NCBI GenBank assembly: GCA_963693365.1 | Contig: CAVNZM010000001.1 | Span: 4,728,907-4,792,906, forward strand | Reading direction: 5' to 3' | Source of the DNA: Amoebidium appalachense | Lineage: Eukaryota > Protista > Ichthyosporea | DNA length: 64,000 nucleotides | Shown: in pieces, positions 52,972-64,000 of the stretch | How positions within the stretch are numbered: position 1 is the stretch's first letter | How the letters are laid out: the number at the start of each line of letters is the position of its first letter | The notes under the pieces: generated by a model | What the model was told of the DNA's origin: nothing | Database searches by the model: none | What the model saw: only the letters and a program-made list of their open reading frames with translations | Position numbers and translations under genes: made by a program

Positions 52972-53723
52972 TAAGACTAAGTCCAGTCAGCCAGCCACCG
53001 GAACATGCCTGCACTAACGTCCTGCAGATTATAGACATGGTGCATTCTGTTGTATATTATGCAAAGAGACCACGCATTTGAAGCATGGCCCCACGCAACA
53101 GATTGGATTTCTCCGTTGGGGTCCTGCAACGTACGGCAGTCACTGCTGCTGAAGCCCAGCCTTTCCAAAACGCACCTGAGTTCGACCTTGCTTGCCTCGA
53201 AGGCAGCTGTCAAACATTCACCGGCACATCTAGTTACAATCAGCGTGTGAAACGGACACTCCACGGGTGCAGCCACTATTTCTTGGAATCTATTTGCGTT
53301 AAAAAGAATAGAGCCTTGCTGATGGTGATGGGTGCACCATCCCCCCATCCCCCCCCCCCCCCCCCCATCCCCCCCCCCCCCCCCCCCCCCCCCCAACCAC
53401 CACCACCACCACCACCACCACCACCACCACCACCACCACCACCACCACCACCACCCAACCTCTCCCTCTCCCGAGAATAATTTTCTATTGTAAGGAACAA
53501 ACATACACGTGCGCATTTTTCTAATTTATTTGATCCAATTCCCCATTAGCCCTTTCCTTCAAACCTTAGAGGGTTCTTTTTTTTTTTTTTTTTTTTTTTT
53601 TTGTCGTCCCCCCCCCCTCCTCCCCGCCCCCCCCCCCTCCCCCCCCCCCCCCCTCCCCTCCCCACACACACACACACACACACACACATCATCGGACTAT
53701 TAAATTCTAGTATACACAAATTT

Positions 53724-54047
<324 letters not shown>

Positions 54048-55515
54048 CACACACCTCAAACACCCGAGGTTTACCCACGGGTCAACCCGGTCACAGAGTC
54101 TAAAACCCGAGAACCAACCCGCAAGGGACCGAAAAAAAGACGACCCGGCCCGAGATCCAACCGGCCTTTGCGCAAACCCGCCCATGATCCACCCGGCCTG
54201 CATGCGCACTGCCACTGTGACCGAGCCATCCCTGCCCGTACCCCCGGCCCGGTGCACGTGCCATGGGCCCCGCTGCCGCTGGGCCACTGCATTGCGCAAT
54301 TCTTGAGGGGACATCCCTGTAGAGCATGTGGCCTCGCACACCCAGTTACCTGGTGATGAACCCACAGCGTCGCAAAATTACAGGATTTCGCAATTGCAAC
54401 TTTACGGGGTAACGGGAGCTAAGTCTAGCTTAAGTGTGTATTTATATTCAAAAAAAATAAATGTAGCCTATATTGATGCAAATCCTCTACTTTGTTATCC
54501 AACCAGAGCTTGCACTGTCTGCTTACGTAATATTTATGGATCCCGCGGGTCGCGACCTGCCATGGTATGGGAGCTCTGCCATGGTGGGGTTTTCCCACGT
54601 TCATCGACCATGACGTATGGGTGCGCGTTTGACCAATTGATAGAAGCTAACGTTCCCCCTAGTGGAGCCACAAGGAAGGTACTCTACTTTATTGAAAATG
54701 ATGGACATATTATGATTGATAGTGCCGTTACTGCCATAGTTTCAGTGATGCAATCCCGCGCCTGGGGGAACAAATAATGAATTAGAAAGTGAACAAAAGG
54801 GATTATCGGGGGGTTTTTTTATTCCATTTATGTGCATTATCCCAGGCAGGCAGGTACATAAAGGGAACTTTGGATGACGTCCCTTTCGGCATTTGGAACG
54901 CATCCCTGATAACTTCAGCCAATCAAGGCGAACTTTGGCACTGATCAGTGATCACCCAAGACTTGAAGGATAAAAAAGGACAGGGTTTGAAATCTGTTCA
55001 AGTTGTGTTTCTGGCATTTCCCAGGGAAGGGACAGGACCCCATACCAGGGGAATATGCGCTATGTTCAGGCCTCAGAAACTAACTAACATTAGGTAAACA
55101 ATTACGATTCCACAGATATTTATTTCTAAAAAAAACTAAAAGCCATTACAACCACTCAAACACCGCAAATGGAAGGCTAAACTGATTGGCTAGGTGTCGC
55201 AAGCCTTAGCTCACAACTTCACAAGTGCTCCTAGTTCACCCTTGACTCTTGCTCTTGAGCCAGTGCGACAGATGGAAACACGGTGAAATAAGAGCTCCCA
55301 CAGCGAACATGTGTGGACATATCTGGACAAGTCAAGTATAAGCCCTCGCTGCACATATATATGCTAATAAACACCGTTGGCGTCGAAAGCTCAAAGGGTC
55401 GCACCCCTGTGCCCGGCCTTCACTATAGCAGGCTGACATGCAGTTGCCAGTTAGATCTAGCTTAATATAAATAAGGTATTAGTGCTGTTAGGCCTGCGAG
55501 CCCCCTCCCGCCACC

Positions 55516-55752
55516 ATGGCTGTGTTGTTACTTATTTCACTCCTGGCACACGTCGTCGTGGCAAAGAGTGCCCCCACCCAAGAAACCGTCACGGGGGCTG
55601 GTGTCACCCAGGCCGCTACGTCACGGCTGCTGGGCCGCAATGGGTTTTCGTTTATTGCCGTGGGAGACACGGGAACTGCTAATGCTCAGGAGATGGTGGG
55701 TGTGGACCATATCCTTTGGGCTGGGGGGGAGGGGGGGGAGTGGACGGCATGC

Positions 55753-55827
<75 letters not shown>

Positions 55828-55949
55828 TGCGCGTGCGCGCGCGTGTGGATGCCAGTGTGTTTTCTATGGAGACAGTGCTGTGTATTTGTGTGTTTTTTTT
55901 TGGTGTCAAGTTGTGTGTGTGTGTGCGTGTGTGCGTGTTTTTCTTTTGC

Positions 55950-55981
<32 letters not shown>

Positions 55982-56048
55982 TGTGTGTGTGTGTACTGTG
56001 TGCACTGTGTGTGTGCGCTGTGTGTGTGCGTGTGTGCGTGTGTGTGCA

Positions 56049-56136
<88 letters not shown>

Positions 56137-56906
56137 TGTGTGTGCGTGTGTGTGTGTGTGTGTGTTTGTGTTTGTGTGCCTTTGTGTGGGTGTGAACTAC
56201 GTATGTCCTAGCCAAATGTGACACATGTGACTAAGCATACATCAAGGCTTTAGGCGCATGTACCTTTTGTGCGTTTTTTTGTAGGGGCTTGCATATCATT
56301 TTTGTTTGCAGGCATCTGTGAGCTTCACACTAGGATCATGTGTCAGTGCCCGTGTGCTTGTTTGTTTATGCTTCGTTCAACTTGGGGACTGGCGTGGGTT
56401 AGGTGTTACGCCGCGGGTGTGGGTGCACATGGTATGTGTTTGTGTGTATACGGTGTGGTGTATGGTTCTGTGTGGCCCCGTGAATACTGCTTCCTACTTT
56501 GTGCCATTGGCCACATGTTTGGTGCGTGAGTGTCCAGGGAAGTCTCTAGATATAATTGCAACATGGTGTTTGTGTGTTCACGTTTCGTGCCTGTGAGTAA
56601 AGTGTTTGGGAAACATCTTGAGTTTGTGTCTGACACTGAGTTGTCGGCCGGCCTATGCAAGACTTAGTATGCAAGTGTGCAAGCGTGTGTTGTTGATCTG
56701 TGTTCAAGTTACCGAGGGGTTGTGTGTTTGTCACAGTGGACCTGTGTGTGGCAAAGCTCCTGAACAAGTGTCTGTATGTGTGTGTGCATGCGTGCGTGTG
56801 TGCGCGTGTCCGTCCGTCCATCCGCCCATCCGTGAGTCCGTGCATCCGTGCGTGTGTGCTTGAGTGGGTGTGTCTGCGTGTATGTTGGTGCATGCGGCGC
56901 GCGCGC

Positions 56907-56965
<59 letters not shown>

Positions 56966-57096
56966 TGTTTGTGGACGCGCGCGCCCGTAAGATTGTGTGT
57001 GTGCGTGTGTGGTTGCAAAAAGGCACGTCCGCATACTTTTGGGTCTTCGTGGCTGTACTTGTGTGTTGGTGTATGTTTGTGGGTGTGTGTGTGGGT

Positions 57097-57155
<59 letters not shown>

Positions 57156-57633
57156 TTCCCTTTTGTTGCGTTTTGGCTTATAATCGAACGCCCTGTGGCT
57201 GTCGCTGCATTTATACTAACTTTCCACCCCTACCCACTCTACCGCACTCCCGTGCCCCATCCTCCAAGCGCCAACCCCGTTATAGGTTAAGCTGAAATAC
57301 GAAGGAAAAACAACATGCTGACCCCCACTCTCGTTTCCTTGGTGCAAAATGACACTCTTTCTAATTGGCCCTCAACCTCCCCCCTCCCCCCCCCCCCCCC
57401 CCCCGCTTACAGCATGCACACCCTGTACACTTCACCCCCTAGACCACACACCACACCATTCACTATCCGATCTCCCACCTCTCTTTTCGGCTCTTCTCTT
57501 CCTCTCTCGGTCTCTCGAGCAACATTCCTCTCTGTGCCGAAGTAAATACACACACCCACATCTCACTAACCACTTGCCTTCTTCCCAAGACTACAAGCAC
57601 ACCTATGTCCACCCCCCCCTCCCACCTCCCCTC

Positions 57634-57723
<90 letters not shown>

Positions 57724-58190
57724 GCGCGCGCGCGCGCGCGCGCGCATACACCGTCCATCACCACAATTCATTCTACTCCCCCCCCCCCCCCCCAATAAAA
57801 AAAAGCAACCATCACCACCACAACACATTCTACTCCACCCCCCCCCCCCCCTCCCCCCCCCCACCCCCCTTTCCCCCCCCCCCCCCCCCCCACCACCACC
57901 ACCACCCCCACCACCCTCACCTCACCCCCCTATGCACACACAGGCGGTAGCCAAAGCCATGCAGGCCGTCTGCAGTGCAAATGGCCCATGCCGTCTGGCC
58001 CTCCTCCTTGGAGACAACATTTACAACTCGGGCCCAAATTCCGCAACCGACCCCCAATTTGCAACGAAATTCGAAACCCCGTTTAAGGATGTGGACATGC
58101 CATTCTATGCCATACAGGTGGGAACAGCTCTGCCCTCTCATCCCCACCTTTCTGTGCCCTTTTCCCTTTCCTTCCCGCCCTCACCCCCCC

Positions 58191-58224
<34 letters not shown>

Positions 58225-59008
58225 AAAAACAAAAAAAAAAACAAAAAACACTGGAAATCCCCAGAGGAATACATCTTTTATCCGGCCATTTTTCTCTCCC
58301 CTTCCTCCATATCTGCCCCCCCCCCCCCCCCCCCCCCCTCCCACCCCACACCCACCCACCCACTCTCCCCCTCCTCCCTTCCTCTCCGTCTTCCTCCTCC
58401 TCCCCCCACTCACCCACATTCTTTTAACCCACCCTTCCATCCGCACGTCCCTTATGGTTTCTGGCATGCACTCCTTCTTACTGCCTATCCCTTTCAGCGC
58501 TTCGTAGTCCTTCACCTGCCTTAGACGTCATCAAACCCCAGTTAATCACCCAGGGCGCCTGTGCAAATGTGACGGCATAGAAAATCAATCGAAAGGGATG
58601 TGGGTGATAGGCGAAAAAAACGGGACATGCAACCCTGGCTCTTTTAATTATTTGTGGCTGGGGGTCTGTGCAAAAATGGAATGACGTCATCCGTTATTGT
58701 CCTGGTGTGGGGACGCATACCGTTATACTCCCCCTCCTGTCCCCCCCTCCGCCCCCTCCCCCTTCCCCCCCACCTCCTCCCCTGCGTACAGAGGCAAGCA
58801 CAAGTATGATGGCATAAGTGGCTCTTGCATTCGCATCTTTGTCGTAGTGCCTCTCCGCTATTGTTCCCTGCCTTTCTCTTTTCTCTGCGTGGGGGATGGA
58901 TGGGCGGGAGGCGAAAGAGAGGGCAGGGAGCCTGGGTCAGAGGGACACCATGTGGGGTTGTGTGGCTTGTCGAGGCATGGGCGCGTGGAGGTGTGGGGGT
59001 GGGTGGGG

Positions 59009-59043
<35 letters not shown>

Positions 59044-60723
59044 TCTTGGATAACCAAAATCATCATCCCTAACTCGTATTCCAAACAGGGAAACCATGAC
59101 AATTCGGGCAATATTGGCGGAGACGGTGGAAACAACAAACGGGGAGACTATGAAGTTCAGTATTCCAAGGGGGGTCTGACACGAAAATTCATGATGCCCA
59201 ATAGATATTACCGGTTTTCTCAGCAGGCCAAGGGCATAAAAGTGGCCCCCGGGAGGCCTCTACCCAACCCCCTGGTTGAGTTTTTTGCAATCGACACGAA
59301 TGCAATGACCTCTATGACCGTAAGCCCCCCCCCCCCCCCCTCCCCTCCCTCCCCCCCCCCCCCCCCCCCCCCAAACACACTCACACACACACACACCTCT
59401 CGTTCCCTTATGATGCGTCCCTTCCACACATTCCATCCACCCACACACATCAGAATCACGTGCATGTTATGTACTGGTGTTTTCTGTTGTATGTCGGCTG
59501 GTGTTTGGGGTCTCGAGAATATAGGCCAAGGGGAAGAGGCCATGAACTATGAAGGCAGTAGGGGGGTCAGCAGAGAATATGGTGTGTGAAAGCGGTGAGT
59601 ATTTGGACGGAATGAGAAGGGGGGGGGGGGGGGGGGGGGGATACGTAGATGTGGGATTTCCACGTTTTGGGGATCCTTCCCTTCACCTCCCCCCCCCTCC
59701 CCCCCCCCCCCCTCCCCTTTCCCCTCCCTCCCTCCCTGCCCCCCCCCTCCCCCCCATCACCCTTCCCATCCCTCCCTCTCCCCCCTCTCCCCGCAAAAAC
59801 ACTAACAATAAAAAATAATACTTCTCCCTCTCCCCCAGCCCCTTTTGAGGCGTTTACATGAGCGACTGTTCACTGTGACGTCCCATTTAGCTCCCATGAT
59901 TTGCCCCTGTGCCTTCTTCCCGTTCCATGCCCTGCTACCCCCTCTCCCCCCCCCCCCCCCCTCCCCCCCTCCCCCGGCCCCCGGGTGGCGCACACGTCCC
60001 CACCCGAACACTATCCTAGGACGCAACTAGTGTGCATCCAATTATAAAATCAATTAACCCGTTTGTGGTGTATTCGTACAACCAATTAAACCATTCCTGT
60101 TGTATTTATGCAACCAATAAACCCTTTTGTGGTGTATTTGTACAACCAATTAACCCATTCGTGTTGTATTTATGCAATCAATAAACCCGTTTGTGATGTA
60201 TTCATAAAGTCAATAAGGCGTTTGTGGTGTATTCACAAAACTAATAAACCCGTTTGTGGTGTATTGTATATGCATCCTTCTCTTCCCCGCTCACGATTGT
60301 TTACCTCTACCACTTGATAAAGCAACTGCACATGTGTTCACGCTGCACAGACTCCACTGCTTCTGAAACTCCCTCTGGCCTCGTACAAGCCCAGTCAGCA
60401 CAACGTGCACCCCACCCATTCTTCCCCCTTCCTAGATACCCCCCCCCCCCCCCCCCCAACCCACCCCGCGGCACGCGCACGAGCGTCTATGCACACCCAT
60501 GCGCAAGTGGGCCTGCGCGCTTACACACACACACACTGACACACGTTTGGACGCACGTGCGCATCCGTGCACCCGACCATGTTTGCAGGCACACATCTGT
60601 ACACTCCCAGGCTCGTACACGTTAGTTTGTATACAGGCAGGCACACGCACGCACGCACACACACAGGCACACGCACACACGCACGCACGCACACAAACAC
60701 ACAGACAGACAGACACATACACA

Positions 60724-60790
<67 letters not shown>

Positions 60791-61437
60791 CACACAGGCC
60801 TGAGGCTATCTGCCCCCAGGCTGCACTAAGCTCTCTCTCTTTAAGGGTACTTCCTCCCCCTTAACTTCCAACCACCCCTGCCATTTCACCTCCACTCCCT
60901 AACCAATCATGTCATCGCATACAGGTCGATCCAAATCTGGACAAATCATTTGTGACGTCACAGCAAACCTGGTTGAAGAACAGCCTCACCCAGTCACGTG
61001 CCAAATGGAAGATTGTGATCGGCCATCACCCATATCTCTCAAACGGTTACCATGGAAACGCCGGCACTTACGACGGAACGTGGTCGCTGCCCATTGACCA
61101 ACGGCCAAAGCACCAATCAGGCGAGAACTTTAAAACTTTTATGCATGATACCGTGTGCGGATTGGCAGATTTTTATATCTGCGGACACGATCACATGCTC
61201 CAATGGTTGTCGAATGTTACTTCCTGTGGGAAAACGCAATTTCTAGTGAGTGGGGCGGGAGGGCAAGAGTCACCGTTAGAAGACCCAAACAGGAATAAGG
61301 CGGTGTGGCAGGTCGGGGCTAAAAATGGGTTTTTCCATATATGGGCAACGAGTAGATATTTGGATATATCGGGATATACCGTGGATGAGGTGAGTGCAAA
61401 TTACACGAGGGAATTTCAGAAGTTTGTGCTCGTGTAG
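55516..61437 (+). CDS. Secreted purple acid phosphatase / TRAP-like metallophosphoesterase, 4 exons, 365 aa
   Basis: Exons 55516-55695 (signal peptide, GDTG), 57944-58117 (GDNIY), 59089-59319 (GNHD) and 60925-61437 (GHHP, CGHDH, SGAGG, TAG). All introns are GT-AG, phase 0. Confidence 0.93.
60039..60268 (+). repeat. Degenerate ~32 bp tandem repeat in a phosphatase intron
   Basis: CAAT(T/A)AACCC..TTGTGGTGTATT recurs about 6-7 times. Confidence 0.75.
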
Positions 61438-61801
61438 AATGGGCACCTTTTGTGTATGTGTGTGCTGCTCTTTGTGCATTTTTTTATCTTGTTTTGTTTG
61501 TGTATGTGAATACGTTCCTGTGTGGTGGTGTGCTCGTGTATGTCTTGGATTTAGTACTTTGGTCGTGTGGGTTGTGTGTGAGTGGAGTGGGCTGGTTGGC
61601 GAGGTCCACACAAAATCAGGTTGACCTGGATATGTGTTCAAGGACAATTTGTAGGATGATTTCCCGCTCTTGTCCCAGAGCCTCTTTCTTTGTTTGTTTC
61701 TTTCTCACACTCTTTTTTTTCTCCCTGCTTCTCTCTCTCTCTCTCTCTCTCTCTCTATTTCTCCTGTCTTTTCCCCGCCACTTTTTTTTTTCTTGTTTTC
61801 T

Positions 61802-61852
<51 letters not shown>

Positions 61853-62570
61853 GGAACCTTGGTCCGTCATTAGAGATTTTTGTGCAAGCTAAAAGCCTCA
61901 GGTGTGTAGATAGGTGAAGCCTTGAAATCAAGTTTTTCATTTCCGGTATGCAGTTTGTTTGTGTTTGATAACTGGTTCTTGTGCCGCAGACGGTGTATAT
62001 ATATCTGGATAAAACCCACTCTCGAATGTTTCCCTTTGTTGATGTATAACCTAACTTGGGTGTTTAGCTTGTTCACACGCGGTGTAAATATGGACTATAT
62101 TGAAGACCCTACCTAACTGGATTTGTGTAGAAGACAGTACACAGTATGTATTAGAGTCAGTTTGTATTATGTTGTCCCTGTATGTACACAAACTTGTCAC
62201 TCTCCGGCTAACACAAGAAGCCAGAGAAAGGACAATACAATTGAAGAAGAAAATAATAAAGGCATGCCATGCGAGATGGAGAGGCCCAGCAAAGAATGTT
62301 AGAAAAGAAGGATATTCAGTCATACGGTTGAATGAATTTCCGTATTTTGTATATCTCGTTGGATATTCGGTGAAGCCATCTAATATCACGTGACTATCTC
62401 GTTGTTCCTATGGCGACTGTACTATATATCCATTCTTAGCCCTGTCTGTTGCTTCTAAATTACTTTATTATAGCCGAAAATCACGTCCTTGTTAATCCTT
62501 GCAGTTTCAAGCACGTGCGCACGTGCACCATACGTGTGCTGGCGGTATGTGTAGGCGGCAGAGGGGCGAA

Positions 62571-62605
<35 letters not shown>

Positions 62606-62851
62606 CTCGTGTTGTACTTCAGAGCTGTGCGCGAAACTGTAACAGGCTAAAATGGAAGTCGAGGAAAAGGCAAGCACAGGAAGGGGTGCCATTGGGAAGC
62701 GATTGTGTACGCGTGTGTGTGTGTGTGAGTGTGTGTGTGTACATGTGTTGAGGGAGGGGGGGGGGGTGTGGGGGTGGGGGGGGGGGGGGGGGGGGGAGGG
62801 GGGGGAGGGGGAGGGAGACCTTGTGGGTAAGGTGGTGGTCCGGCGGTATTT

Positions 62852-62886
<35 letters not shown>

Positions 62887-63325
62887 TCACTGGGGGGTTG
62901 AAAGTGTGAAACTACAGTAATTAACTACTGTTACAAACATGTAAGTGGGTACTAGGATCTGAGGGCTGGGATAGTGTTAGGCTGCAGGAGCTCTCCAGTG
63001 CTAGCACTGTAAATGCATCAACACACCCACATGGGTTGGTTTGAGTGTTTGTTGAAGGGGAGGGGGGGGGGGGGGGGGGGGGGGGGGAGGGGGGGAAGGT
63101 GTGAACCCTGGGTCAAACATTATAATATATTCCTGTGGCCGGTTGCCAAATCATGAACGGGGCAGCACATCACAGGAATATTTCCGAAACTTATTAATCC
63201 GCGTGGTGATGCCCCTGTGGTGGGCTGCAATAAATATCACCTCGTTTTGCAATATGTCATCACCGTGTTTCCCCTAAGGCTCTGCAGCTGCTTCAGTTAG
63301 CACTTACCCATTTGGGCTCGTTCCT

Positions 63326-63356
<31 letters not shown>

Positions 63357-63966
63357 TTCATCCCCCTCCCCCCACCCCCCCCCCCCCCCCCGACTCTCTG
63401 GAAGTTCCCGGTGACCCTCTTCCCTAAACCCTCCTCCCTCCCATTGACTTCCCCCCGCCCCCCCCCCCCCCCCCCCCCCCCCCCTTCCCCACACCATGCA
63501 TATATGACGACCACCACCACAAACAACACCAAAAAAACATACGGTGTGTGTGCGCGCGTGGCGGTGGTGGTTGTGCACGCGGTGGTGATGGTTGTAGAAA
63601 TGGATGGGTGGGTGGGTGGGTGGGTGGGCGGGGATTGTAACCGAATCCCGGACGAACTTACAATGTTTTTGCCGCATGAACCTTGATACGTGTGCGTGTT
63701 TGTGTTGTGACTATGCCTGTCAGGGCACAGAAGAAAAAAATCCTTTCCCCCAACTCTATCACTACATATGTTAGAGAAGAGGGGGAGCGGGGAGGGGGTG
63801 GGGTGGGGGTGGGGGTGGGGTAGGTGGGTGGGTGGGGGGGGGGGGGGGGGGGGGATCACTTCCACTACGTCTGTTTTTTCTTTCTTTTTTGTTTTTGTTT
63901 TGTTTTTGTGTGTGTCTTTGTGTGCGTTTTTGTGTGTTGTGTGTGTGTGTCACGGTGTGTGTGAGT

Positions 63967-64000
<34 letters not shown>

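Noticed and set aside
52977-53340. Exon-like minus-strand stretch (FEASKVELRCVLERLGF..)
   Set aside because: No recognisable domain or partner exons.
54060-54910. hAT-like ends (CATCCCTG at ~54228, ~54312, 54901) with ACCCG repeats
   Set aside because: No paired left end or 8 bp TSD could be identified.
62051-63700. 3' exons of a gene beyond the window edge
   Set aside because: Only short non-repetitive blocks with no identifiable protein or coherent splice chain.

Overview
Eukaryotic (protist-like) nuclear DNA; the organism cannot be identified from this window. It has GT-AG introns packed with (CA)n/(TG)n microsatellites and poly-C/poly-G tracts, so most entries in the ORF track are repeat artefacts. 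Supported genes: a 19-exon TKL-type kinase with SAM and C1 domains (+, 12808-29361), an intronless DUF5765-like membrane protein (+, 32831-33685), a bacterial-type DUF819 pseudogene split by a solo LTR (-, 38267-40752) and a 4-exon secreted purple-acid-phosphatase-type metallophosphoesterase (+, 55516-61437). Mobile DNA is abundant. It includes a full-length chromodomain Ty3/Gypsy element (41167-49525), a Copia-primed TRIM-like element (4147-5335), a ~4 kb short-TIR insertion (5649-9608), a fold-back non-LTR ORF1 element with tandem 5' monomers (3621-10525), LINE remnants and MITEs. The best leads are possible double translational recoding in the Gypsy element (UGA readthrough, then a hairpin-associated frameshift), a retroelement family ending in AAACCCC instead of poly(A), and the snRNA/SL-like tandem monomers at the 5' end of the fold-back element. 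All calls come from reading the sequence by eye; no database searches were run.
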